A stretch of 64,000 nt of DNA from Octopus vulgaris (taxonomy: Eukaryota). Below, piece by piece: positions 51,513 through 64,000 of the stretch. The position numbers and the translations under genes are program-made. The notes beneath the pieces are model-generated. The model made no database searches. It had not been told where the DNA came from and worked only from the letters and a program-made list of their open reading frames with translations. Positions within the stretch are counted from its first letter, which is position 1; each line of letters opens with the position of its first letter. The stretch spans positions 64,914,001 through 64,978,000 of the forward strand of contig OX597818.1 in NCBI GenBank assembly GCA_951406725.2, read 5' to 3'.

Positions 51513-51790
51513 CACTACGCCATATGCCCGTGGGCATATGGCGTAGTGGGTAAGAGTGCGGGCTACTAACACCAAGATTCCGAGTTCGATTCCAGGCAGT
51601 GACCATATTAATAAGAATAAGAATAATAATAATAATAACAACAACAACAACAACATCTAAAAATACCTTAAAAATGAGAACTCAGGTTCAAAATTTACCC
51701 GTGACACTTGAAGGCTGGAGAGTATATCAGCCGAAACTTTGTTAACAACAAGATGAGGACAAATATCTATCCAATGTAAATAATATAAAT
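51513..51790 (+). mobile_element. Composite element: 5' inverted segment, tRNA-like head, (AAT)n, decayed hammerhead module
   Basis: 17-bp palindrome at 51513-51548, A-box TGGCGTAGTGG at 51539-51549 and B-box GTTCGATTCC at 51584-51593. The module aaatacctta...ggctggagagtatatcagccgaaac...gatgaggacaaatatc follows. Confidence 0.75.
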
Positions 51791-51796
51791 AATGAA

Positions 51797-52180
51797 CATC
51801 ATAGTGTTCGAGGTGATCACTAGTGATGCAGATATTATCCCTCCATTCATCCTGCCACATGGCCTCAGAGTCAACACGGAGTCCTACTTCAAGTTCCTGG
51901 TGCTGGTACTGCTGCTCTGGATCAAAAGGATGGCTGCTGGAAGACCCTATGTCTGGCAGGAATCTGCACCATACCACTCAAACAGGAAACCGCTGACATG
52001 GCTGTCTGTCAATTACTACGACCACATCACCCCTAAAACTGGTCAACAAACAAATCAGTCTGCAACCCCCTTGATTATAAATTGTGGTGTGCTGGTGAAT
52101 GAGTGACCAACAAAAGTCCTTGTAACAGCAAATATAAACTCAAGGCAAGGATTATGGCAGCGTACACCAACTTAAACAAG
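51797..52180 (+). pseudogene. Decayed Tc1/mariner-superfamily transposase fragment (catalytic domain)
   Basis: IIVFEVITSDADIIPPFILPHGLRVNTESY...RPYVWQ-ESAPYH...WLSVN, then a frameshifted (WPPNSPD)CNPLDY.LWC and LKARIMAA. Confidence 0.85.
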
Positions 52181-53159
52181 TCCAAAAGAGTCTTAAAAAA
52201 AGAACGCATGTATTTTGAAGGTTCGTATTAGTCCAAAGATGTAACACTCGATGTTATGATGGATGATCTGTTTTAGATATTCACGCGATATTTAATAGCT
52301 TGTTTTGAGGATGCTTTGGTGAAATTTCAGAGTCCAGTGAGTTGTTTAAACCTTCGTAATTAGATCAGTTCCTTTAGGTGAGTCAGCTACATACATACAT
52401 ACATACATACATACATACATACATACATACACACATACATACATGCATACATACATACATACATAAATACATACATACATAGAATAATTGAGCCCCAAAT
52501 CGTCTACAGAGAGTCCATAATGGTAAGAATGAAACAAGTGAAGAAGTAAAATAAAATAATAAAATTTTAAAAAATTGTAAAAGAATAGTAAAACAAAGTA
52601 TCATAGGTTATGAGATTACATCTTATGGTAAAAAGTAACTTCCATAAGTAATCTCCATAGGTTACGAGAATTACATCTTATTTCATTTTACTGGGGAATG
52701 TAGCAAGGGTAAGACGTTGTTAATGGGATGATCCATATCTCAGGGGTCAAAAGTTAGAAGCTAACGGCTTTGTAATCATCCCATTACCCCTATGGAGAGT
52801 AGGGTGAGGCCAAAGTTTATCCTACAAATTAATTGTTCCGCTTGTATTTGAAAACAATGGCGTCGTTCAGATCCGTTATATCTATCAATAAAATACAAAA
52901 CAAATAAAAGAAAAAAAGAAAAGAAAATATTCGAGGAAGGGATTGTCTAAGGGGTTTTACATACTAAAAAGGTGGTGAATAAGAAATGTTGTTAGGGATT
53001 TGTTAATATATTTGAATAAACCTGAGATACAAATCGATTTACAAATATTTGACTGAATGAGAAAAGAAAAGACGAAGAATGCATGGAATTCTATATATAT
53101 TTATGGACTATAGCTAAGGGAGATAATCGAGTAATGCATTATAATATTATAATATTATA

Positions 53160-53541
53160 TTATATATAAAAGTGAGGTTGTGTGCTGTCTGTCTCCTACG
53201 ATTTAGACTCCTAACTACTCCCATATTTTGCGGTGCAGTTTAGCCAAAACCGGGTATCTTATAGTCGTGATTCATATCGAGCCCTTCTGGGTACTAGCGC
53301 GCGTCTACGATGAGTCTACGATTTAAAAAAAATTACCATCAATCTTTCCCATTTTTAATGCATTTTTGGCATATATAAGGGAAGTAACTCTCTAAAAATT
53401 TATTATTAAATTTCAGAACGTAAAAAGCTACAGTAACACCAGTAACACCATATTGAGATGGCTATTATACTTTACATCTCTAAAAATGCTTATATAGTTA
53501 TTTCCCTTACAAACCCGAGCAACGCCGAGCGATACTGCTAG
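53160..53541 (+). mobile_element. Non-autonomous Helitron
   Basis: tatatataaaagtgaggttgtg...cccgagcaacgccgagcgatactgCTAG|t, with the body shared with the 17761 and 38621 copies. Confidence 0.8.
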
Positions 53542-53972
53542 TAATATTATAATATTATAATAGTAGACTGCAGAGAAATATTTAGGCAGTAAAATAAGGT
53601 TCAGGGGTGGTAAATATATATTTGCAGTCAGGGATATGTTATATGTTACGAATAGATCTGAGCTACATTTCCAAATGACAAGTAATAGTGTGAACGAGAA
53701 AAGAAATGTTGAAAAGAAATTAATGAAAATACATTCATAATTCTAGACTATAACTAAAGGGAAGTTACCGCGTAATACATTATAATACCGATGTGGTATT
53801 ATAATTGCATATGGCTGTAAAGTTGTAAAATTAAGTACAAATATAATTCCACATATAAAGAGAATTATTCGGGCTAGGATAGAGATGAAAGAAAGGACAT
53901 TTTGTGGGATGGTTTGTCATGGGATGTATATGAATACACCTACTTATTCAAATATTGGTCTGTATATGAATC

Positions 53973-54051
<79 letters not shown>

Positions 54052-54381
54052 AAATTAGAAAATGGAGAAACATACTTAAATCAATCAAACATCAACCATC
54101 AGATAATACCCAATCATCAGATATATATATATATATATAAATTTGTAAATAAGGATAATATCGATATTTAAAAATCGATATTATCAAGTGGCCAGCATGG
54201 CAAAAAATACCGTACAAAGGTAATAATTTTTTTACAACTAAAAATAAGGGTGTCTGAGAGCAACCACCATGCCGAAATAGCAGTCAAAAACCCTGACTTT
54301 AAAAACCACGTTAAATGTTCATATCCTACCATGAGATAAGACAGAGGGACAAAATAGACTAGCAAAAAAAAATATTTTAGT

Positions 54382-54428
<47 letters not shown>

Positions 54429-54680
54429 ATAGGTATATATACTAATTAAGCATATATTTATAAATAAAATAATATATATAAGGTATATAGAGGTTATCTT
54501 TAAAATATGGTAGAAAAGGATGGCATTCGATATATAGCGCTCAGATTCAGATAAAGGGTTCAGGAAGAGAGTAAAAATTAAGTCATATTTCCTACAACAT
54601 GTGTAGGGGTATAATGCAAATGGTAATGCTCATGGGTTTATATGTTTGAAATTCTATGTATGTATGTATGTATGTATGCA

Positions 54681-55085
54681 TAGGCGCAGCAATGGCTTTG
54701 TGGTAAGAAGTTTGCTTCTCAAATCCATGCTTCCGTCTTTTGCCCTACTGCATCTGCTTTCCAGTATAACTTCGAGCCGACCAATACCTTGTGAATGAAT
54801 ATCTTAGACGGAGACCAAATGAACCTCGTCGTATATGTGTGTGTGTGTGGATGTGTGTGTGTGTTTGTGTTTGTCTGCCTGTGTGTTTGCCTCCACACGA
54901 CCGCTTGACAATCAATGCTGGTGTGTTTACATCCCCGTGACATAGCGGTTCGGAAACAGTTACTGATAGAATAGGTAAGAATGTGTAAAAAAATATGAAC
55001 TGGAGTCGGTATATTCGACTAGTAATTCATCAAGCCGATGCTCTAGCATGGCCGCAATAGAATGACTCAGACAAGTAAAAAAGAA
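54681..55085 (+). mobile_element. Full-length decayed SINE family C
   Basis: Head taggcgcagcaatggctttgtggtaagaag, internal (TG)n, and tail gatgctctagcatggccgcaatagaatgactcagacaagtaaaa. Confidence 0.8.
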
Positions 55086-57019
55086 CAGTTAAAAAACTAC
55101 ATACCTATATACATACTTGTTATATGGGTTTATACGTATAAATGTGATACATACACACATATACAAATACATACACACACATATTCATACCTACACACAC
55201 ATACAAATATACATACATACACACAGATATGTGTATATACTCATTTGCTAGCACACACATACACGAACATATATATATTTATACATACATGAATATCACC
55301 TGAATTGTGTATATATGCGTGTTATTTAAATACGGTTAATTTTAAATCGAGGCTGATATTGACGAAATTACTTTCCATTTCAAGAGAATTCGTTTCGTTT
55401 TAGATAGACAAATCTGTGATGAAGCTTTTTTTCTTTTCTTTACTTTTGTTTTATATAGTTGTGATGAATCTATTTGCAGGCTACGTATTATCCAGATATA
55501 TCCACATATATATATTTATGTAACCAAGCTGTTATATTTGAAATATGCTTACTCAAGTGGTAAATCGTTTGAAAATATTCCTGATGGATTTCTATATTAA
55601 TCTTCAGGATTATTAATATAAAATTTTATTATTGCTAGACTTATTTTGTCTGCCGGTTTCAATTATATGATATTACCGGCAAAAATCTCACAAAATTCCT
55701 GAATCCTTGGATATGTCCTATCACTATTATTATAAATAAACTGATTAAGTTAGTATTCAAACTAGACACTCTTTATTTGAGAATCACATTTTGTGGAAGT
55801 GAAGTAATTGTTGTGTCGTGAATATAGAATTTTAATAATGGCGATACGTAGAATGGTTTAGGCTAAGGAACTAATTTTGGAACAGAATTGCAAAACAATT
55901 TTCATTCTGCAAATATCAATCATATATATTGTATATATCTTAACACATGCGTGTGTGTATGTATGTGTGTGTGTGTATGTGTGTGAGTGCGCGTGTGTGT
56001 CTGTATGTCGGTGCGTATGTGTGTGTGTGTTTAAGATGGGGGAATTTACATGCGTATTCGTTAACAATTATACATGAGTGGAAACGAAGATTTCTTTCGT
56101 TGAGTGTAGCATTTTACGTGTATTACTCGTGTTTTGAAATCCCTACCATTTAAATCGTCCTAAACAAGAGAACAAACTATATACACATATATAGATCTAT
56201 ACATGCAACTATTAATCTCTCTATCTATATACATTTTCTTGTGTGTTAGTATGTATGCATGTGTGTGTTCGTATGCGTATGTGTGTGTATACGTGTGTGT
56301 ATGCTCGTGTATATGTACGTGCGTAAAGAGAAGTGGCATGAAAGCTGAGTTGAACAGCTGTTATGAAATGTAATTTCCTCTCTGTATTATGTCGCAGTTT
56401 GCTCTCTATTATGCATAAATCTGCTTTCCAAATTGCATTAGCACTCGCGACACGTCCTGTAGCTTTTGCTAGAGAAGAATTCTCAAAGATATTTCCATTA
56501 ATACATTAACAATAATTTTGCTCTACTAATTTCTTTTGCTGTTACCAAACTGTTCAAGATAGGTTATTTCTATCTCATGATCTTATTTCACCTTTGTGCA
56601 CTCGTCTTAATAAAAAAGAAGCGCCACTAAGTGCTGTAACATTTTCCGATAGAACATATATAAGATCGATATTAGGAGAGGTCAGTGCATAATTATATAG
56701 ACCTAGGTTTACTTTGAGTAAAACATCACAAAACTTGATATTATCGAAAATATTGCATACCGCTTTCAATTTTCATCATAATTTAACCCCAACACATTTC
56801 ATGTTATCTATCGAATTAATATTCATTGTTTTAGTAAACTAGCAAATGTCAACGTTAGATGATTGAACGTCTGTTTTTTTAATATATATTATGCTTAAAA
56901 ACACAAGGAAATGATAAAAAAGTTTTGAAAATATTCAACGAAAGTAGCGATCACAAGGAATTGTCTCCAAAATCTATGACCGTTGGCTGTCATTAATTAA
57001 CAGGGAGGAACTCCTAATT

Positions 57020-57270
57020 GCCTGCCTCACCGGAACAACATTGCTGCGCACAAATACTGTTCTTTGCCACGCAAGCCACACTACTGGGCCATCCTAGTTC
57101 TGTTTGAGTTGTAATGCTCGTTTTTGTAGATTTGTCTCTCTTCTGCTTCCATACATGCCATCCCTCACATGGTATTCGATACGATGCTAACTTGGGAGGT
57201 TTGGCATAGAGAACAGAATGCTTCTCATGCAAGTCATTGATAGGTCCAAAGGAGTAGTACGACCGTTAGA
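57020..57270 (-). pseudogene. Possible highly decayed RTE-clade LINE fragment
   Basis: Minus frames give CMRSIL and TQTELGWPSSVACVAKNSICAQQCCSGE, resembling CLRSIL...QLRWAGHV.RM...RIP.Q.L.GE. Confidence 0.45.
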
Positions 57271-57473
57271 ATTTTGTACCAGCGACGTCAAATAAGTTGA
57301 TACATCAAGATCGTGCGCAACTTTGAGCTACTTCGGAGTGTCCAGCTCCCAATCTTTCGTCAGGTAATTCTTTAACTTAGCTGGCTTCCACCACCAAATA
57401 TAGAGAGCATATATATGTGTGCGTGCGTATATGCATATATATATATATATATGTATTTATATATAATTCTGTT

Positions 57474-57506
<33 letters not shown>

Positions 57507-57507
<1 letters not shown>

Positions 57508-57690
57508 ACGGGAAGCTTTATGAAAATAAACAAAAGACGAAGGCAGGTGGAATACAAACAAACAATTGTATTAGTATGGCGCTCAGGAATATAAATAAAA
57601 CAAGTCTTTTACGTTTCGAGTTTCGAGCCTACGCTCTTCAACAGAAAGATACACAGAAAAGAAACACGGAGAGAAACAAAGAGAGAAAAA
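57507..57690 (-). mobile_element. Short Penelope-pLTR-like repeat with a hammerhead-like motif (57605-57649; 7-bp TCGAAAC duplication)
   Basis: Near-identical reverse complement of 16425-16580; abuts (TA)n. Confidence 0.75.
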
Positions 57691-58380
57691 ATGCGTGCAG
57701 AGGTTAGCGAATCAACATGGCGATATATATATACACACACATAAATTGAATATACACGTGTGTGCGTGTGCACATTTGTCAATGATGTAGAATCGAGACG
57801 AAACAACCAGCATAATTATTAGAGTAATTTTATGAAACCCATTTCGTTTCCGCCGGACGTTTCACCAACGCACGGAGAACTCTATATTCTTTCGTCTTCT
57901 GATTGTTTCTATTGAAATAAAGCGTTACATTTACTTGCTACCATCCGATTTTACAAATACCATCAGATGACGACATCAGAAATATGCACACCGACAGAAA
58001 AACGTATATGTCCTAGGAAAACTCATTTATACGATTGCTTTGTGTTTGAATACTATTGACGGTATTTATTTATTCTTAAACTCGAGTTCGACGTTTCCAC
58101 AAGATGTACAAAGGCACACACACACTCACAAATATATATAATGTGCAGTGTAATATGTAAATTCATGCTTCATGACTTTTTGTACTTTTAAAAATATATA
58201 TGTGGAGCCGGTAACAAGACACAATGAATGTTAGTAACAAATAAATGCATTAGATGTATGTACCGAGAGAAGTAATATCATGTGTGTATAATGTAGAGAA
58301 AATGGTGCTTAATAACCAAAACATCTATCTATATATCTACCTATCTATATATCTACCTACCTATCTATCTATCTACCTAT

Positions 58381-58420
<40 letters not shown>

Positions 58421-59049
58421 ATATATATATATCAGTCAATTTATCTATCTAACTATCTAGCTCTTTATCTATCAAATCTATCAATCTATGTGTGTGTATG
58501 CATATATGCCTATATATACATTTATATATATGCAAATATCTATGTAGATAGATAGATTGAGAGAGAGAGAAAGAAAGAGAGAGAGAGAGAAAGAAAGAGA
58601 TATATATATATATATATACTGAAACTGAATTGAGATTTTTGGGTAAATAAATATTTATAGATTTGAAATATCATTCAAAGTTTCAAATCAATAAAATATA
58701 GTGTACTTCACAATGAAATAGGCAAATTGTAAAGCTATTTATTCACTTAAAATTGTGTATGCTTTCACATACACGCGCACACACACACATACACATACAC
58801 ACACACATATATATATATATATATATTTATATACACAAACACACACACATACATATGTATATCATTATCTACGTACTTATCCAATACATAACTTGTTCTG
58901 AATGGCATTCATTAGACTTGACCTACATTCAACTTAAACATATTTTTGTATTCCTCTCTTCGTACGCTGACCTCCAAAGCCTGCATAAAATATATTAAAA
59001 CATTTTACAGGATAATCAATGCTGTTGGTCTTAATAAATGTTCGTGTCT

Positions 59050-59345
59050 TAATGGATAGGGTATTCGGCTCGAGCTCTTAAGATCGTGATTTCCATTCGT
59101 GGCAGAATGCCGTGTCCTTGAGCAAGGCACTTAATTTGACGGCGCTTCAGTTAGCAAAAACGAGTTGCACGCGTAAGTCAAGAGGTTAACCCTGTAATAT
59201 TCTGTGTCACGCTGTATATTCCTGAGGGCTACGCTTAGAGCAGGCTTGCTTCAGGAATACTCAACCACTTGCATGTTAATTTCCTGTTCAGTTTGTTTCA
59301 TTGGTCGCATCAACGGAAAACTATATCGTCAAAAGAGATGGAGTA
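59050..59345 (+). mobile_element. Old SINE related to family B
   Basis: Decayed tRNA head, gtgtccttgagcaaggcactt, and the family B tail tctgtgtcacgctg...ccacttgcatgttaattt. Confidence 0.6.
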
Positions 59346-61043
59346 ACAGTTTAAGGCTGAGAAATAGTCCATTCTAAGATTAATACAATTCGAGCCTTGA
59401 CCAGGTCCTCAGTGTTATAGCCGTACACACTTGCCCAGGCACCGGAACTGAACCTAAAACCTTGTGATTGGGAAGCTTTCTTCTTACACATCCATGCCTG
59501 ATGAATATAGACGTGTACATGCGCATAATAATTTTGGGTTTCTATATACATTGGAGAATATATTCTACATCTAAGGCGTCTAATATAACTTAAAGGTTAT
59601 TCGATAACAATTTCCGTCACTCTTGAATCATTCTCTCTTTGTCTTTCGTTTCAACTTATGTTTTGACATAATGTAATTGATTTTAGATATTTTATGGACG
59701 TCTGTTATGTATGAAATATGAGCCGAGATATTTCTCTGAAATACCACTTGAGAGTAAAAATAAGAATGGTTTAAAAATATGATTTACTGTGCGTGAGAGC
59801 GTGTGCCTTCATTTGTGTATATAGGTTTTTACTTAGATACATACAAATTCATACATATACGCACACACACGTACACGTACACGCACATTCATACACGTAC
59901 ACTCATATATGCATATATATATATATAGAGAGAGAGACAGATAGATGGATAGATAGATAGATAGACAGACAGACATATAGACACACAGAGAATATGATAG
60001 ACAGTTTAGAAATTATATAGTTGCTACATCTTACGTACATTTCATTCACATAAAGTTAGTTAAATAATGCAAATTTCATAACCAAATCTTATTTTCAAAT
60101 CGTTAGTGACATGAATATTTTTGTACTTCGTATCAACACATTTAAATATCACTGAATAGTAAGAAGCATTTATTTCGTATATTTTCATTTGTCTTGCTTA
60201 TTTTTACATCTTGGCTTTTTGCTGATATCTTTCTTGAGAACACATTCTTCGTGGTAATGGCGATTTGACGTCTATGTTTAGCATATAGACTGTCCACTTT
60301 TAGTGGTCAGTCCTCTAAATTTTGTATCTAAAACAATTTTTAATCTTCGAATTTTCTTCAAATATGCTAAGCCACTAGTTTAATTGATTAATATCAATTT
60401 CTACCCTTATTTAATTTTCAATAAAAAATGTTCTCTAACCGGTAAATTGACTGCTGTAGTTTATTAACTGCAGAGTAGTCTCCAATCTCAGCGCGCCAAA
60501 GTGTAGACATTTGAAAGATACACTTATATATATAAAATGTGGAAAATTATACATGCTGGATTTCGGTTGAGCATTCTGTATCTAGTTCTAGAAATTGTGT
60601 TTTGTAAACGACAGACTATGCTGATGATCTTGCAGATGTTCGTGTGTTCATATACGTAAATATTAACAAGTGAAACCAATGGTACATAGGTAATAATTTT
60701 TTATTTCGTATATTTTCATTCGTCTTGCTTATTTTTACATTTTGGTTTTTTGCTGAGATGCTAAACTTCCCTTCCTTCCAAAATATAAGGCCACTTAGAT
60801 ACGAGATATATTCCTCATTAGTGACACAACGCGGAATATAGTTTGAATCCTTTCACAAGTTATTTTGTCGCCTCTGTCATACTATTCACTTTGGTTCATT
60901 TGGTATTTTGAAGTCTGACTTATATATATATATATGTAGGTATGTGTGCATCATGTATGCATATACATATACGTACATATATATGTATCTATCTATATAT
61001 ATATATATATGCATATGTATATATGTATATCTGGATATATCTA

Positions 61044-61086
<43 letters not shown>

Positions 61087-63329
61087 TATATGTATATCTA
61101 TATATACTTATGTATATATGTATATATCTATCTATATATATATGTATATATGTATATATATATTTGCATCAATATATATACATATATATTTATATATGTA
61201 TATGCACCTCTGAGTGTGTGTGTGTGTGTGACTGTATTTCTTTTTACTTTCACGTGTATATACTAAGAGTTAACTATATATATATAATTACACTGGAGAA
61301 ATATTTTTTTACCAAACTATAATTATTTTCTTGCACATGTGTCTAAATGTGATTATGCATACAGCCACATACCATGTACAAAACCAAACCTCATATGTTA
61401 TATATTTATATATAATATGAGGTGTATAAAATATTAAGTAGGAAATTTGCATTCAATAACATATTACGAATTTTTTCTGAACTTCACTTAAGTTTATGTT
61501 CGCGAAAAATTAGTTACATTCTAAGTTTCGACTACTTTTGTTTTCTTTGGCTTATTATATTTGTAAACACGATATTTCAAAAGGAGGCAATCATCTCAAT
61601 CAGGCTTTACTTAATGAATATTTAATTTTGGTTACCAAATATTTGCAGAGGTAGACTTTGATATTAATTTCAAAGAGACTCATAAAATTGCATTTCTTTC
61701 AATGAATCCATTAATTGCAATTCAAATATGTTTAATGTGAGAAAATCTGTTATGCCGTTCCAATCTCATCCATAGCGTTTCAAAGTTTTCAAACTTACTG
61801 AAGTGTCTGAGCAGACACACTATATATTTTAATGCTTCAATAAACAGACTTATCGTTCTCTTTTTCCATAATTACCGCCATATATTTTCATCGTTTTCAG
61901 ATAGCTTTTGATAATCCACTTAACTGCCAGACGGTTGACGTACGTAATCTTTTATAGCAGACGACAGTCACCTCCTCTACAATTTAAATCATGCTAACTT
62001 TTGAACTAACCATTTCACAAAATATCTCTGCTAACTTATTTGATTTTAATTATCTACTCTCGATACATCCAGATTATTTCATCACCCGCAGGGAAACTTT
62101 CATGTCTCATCTAATTATATCTCCCAACCACTTGCATACTTCAATTAAACTCAACGCATTCAAACTCTATCCGCCTAATTCATTTCCATTTTATTTTAAT
62201 TTTATAGATATCATCTTCCTTGCAGTTAGATATATTTTTATACATACGTTCAATAATCGTAATGTGATCATATACATGCTTTTGCACAGATATAAGAACA
62301 TATATACATATACATATATTTACGTATCACACACACACACACATACATATATATATACATTGTTAGGTGCGTGTATGTATCCATGTAGGTATACCCTTGA
62401 ATGAATACGTTTTGTCTGTCACATTCTGTGTGTATGTATATATGCGTGTAGAAATATATACGTGTGTGTGTGTATATATATAGGTGTGTATATATATAGG
62501 TGTGTATGTGTGAGTGTGTATGTATACATATGAAAACAATTATACATGCATACACACATTCGCATAAATACATTATACATGACACACGGTTTGCACAACA
62601 CTGCCTAGAACCAAATTAACTATTATCTCAACGGAAGGTATGATAAGACAAATATGAAATTATTCTTAAAGTATACTTTAAATGCCTTCTGATATTCCTT
62701 TGAATCATTATGTACAGTTTCAGTTAAACTTATGGAGCATTTCTGCAAAAGAGTCATCACCAAATTTTAAGGTTAGAAGAGATTGCCTGAGAAATGATAA
62801 GGTGTTTATCGACACCTGACCAACTCATAAGTTTACTGAAGTCCTTCACAAGTTAGTAGTTTTGGAAATATCTTGTAGCAAGCTATGATATAGAATCAAT
62901 GTATTTCCTACTAAAGATGAAATTGTTCCAAAATATCTACGTGATGACCTATCTTAAGAAAAATTATAGTGACGAAAGAATTTTGAAATATTAGGTTAGC
63001 ATGAATTTATATGTGAAGTAAAGCACATTTATGGGAAATGTTATAGATTAAACGCAAATATGAAGGCGTCGTCCGGATAAAATATACTCTTAATGTATCA
63101 ATGACCTTTTTAAAAATGTCTTAAATAAACACCCTAAATTAAAGAGCGACGCAAAATGCTTAGCGCTCGCGGCCCTTAATATAAATTCTGTTATTCAAAG
63201 AATGAAATACTAAAGAATTATTTTTGAATATTTTTTTTATCCACTTAACTGACGACATTAGATCTTAAATTGTTTCTTGGAGAAGTAAATGGTTATTAAG
63301 TAAAAGAAAACAGAAACAAATGTATTTCC

Positions 63330-63425
63330 GGGGGCGAGGTGGGGCGAGGGGGGGCGAGGGGGGGGCGAGGGGGGGCGAGGGGGGGAGAGGGGGGAGAGGG
63401 GGGCGAGGTGGGGCGAGGGGGGGCG
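63330..63425 (+). repeat. G-rich minisatellite (GGGGCGAGG-like units), potential G-quadruplex
   Basis: About ten runs of four or more G separated by short CGA/AGA linkers. Confidence 0.85.
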
Positions 63426-63479
63426 TGTCCATACGACCGATTAATACAGTTGTTTTATATTTCGTTTAGGAAGGAATTT

Positions 63480-63690
63480 TCTTTTATCCGTTACTTCTTT
63501 CCCTCTGTGAACTACGACCATGCTGGAGCACTACTTTTAAGTGATTTAATCGAACAAATCGACAGCAATAGTTTTTTTTTGTCCTTAAGTGTGGGATTTA
63601 GTCTATGGGGTTCTCTTGCCGAATCGTTAAATTACAGGGGCGTATATAGAAAGGAAACCTGTTTGTGGGGAGAAAGACAAACGCAAATTC
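63480..63690 (-). mobile_element. Decayed 3' half of SINE family C
   Basis: cgaccatgctggagcactac, gaacaaatcgac and ttgccgaatcgttaaattacaggggcgta. Confidence 0.65.
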
Positions 63691-64000
63691 GAAGAGGAAA
63701 TACATTGAAACTCGTGCGCGCACACACACACACAGAGACTCTCACATACACATGCACCACTCAAACACACATACACGCAGACACATGCGCTCACACACGC
63801 TCCCGTACACACTCACACACACTCGCGTACACGCTCACACATACACACACATGCATGCGCACGTCACTCACTTACGCATAGACACTCTCACACATATCCA
63901 CGCGCGCACACACACATCACACACATACACGCACATACACTCACACATACACACACATACACCCAAACACAAACATACACGTACACACATATACACCCAC

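Noticed and set aside
53142-53559. 18-bp direct repeat flanking the Helitron as a TSD
   Set aside because: It is a low-complexity (TAATATTA)n tract. Insertion into a pre-existing repeat explains it, and Helitrons do not make TSDs.
52540-53950. Possible decayed L1-like sequence around the Helitron
   Set aside because: No diagnostic motif could be read in any frame.
54248-54293. CTGAGAG...CCGAAATAGCAGTC as a hammerhead
   Set aside because: Core spacing is wrong and stem III is unconvincing.

Overview
This is AT-rich eukaryotic DNA saturated with microsatellites. The SINE, LINE and mariner families resemble those I know from octopus/cephalopod genomes, so the species assignment is an inference. 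I can identify no host protein-coding gene, and most entries in the ORF track are microsatellite artefacts. The only intact coding unit is a full-length minus-strand CR1-group LINE (about 32603-37242). Its ORF2 encodes an APE endonuclease plus reverse transcriptase, and its unusual ORF1 has a Myb/SANT-like N-terminus and two CCCH fingers. The rest is a transposon landscape: decayed CR1-like, CRE-like, R4/Dong-like, RTE-like, Penelope (GIY-YIG) and Tc1/mariner remnants, three tRNA-derived SINE families (several copies with clear TSDs), non-autonomous Helitrons (one head-to-tail pair) and three long inverted repeats. The most striking unannotated signal is a set of at least 12 minimal type I hammerhead-ribozyme-like motifs from several short repeat families, nearly all next to (TA)n or (AAT)n arrays. 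They include a U3-A8 compensatory core variant in two copies, one motif with a microsatellite inside loop II, and a composite element made of a tRNA-like Pol III head, (AAT)n and a hammerhead. All alignments and folds were done by eye.
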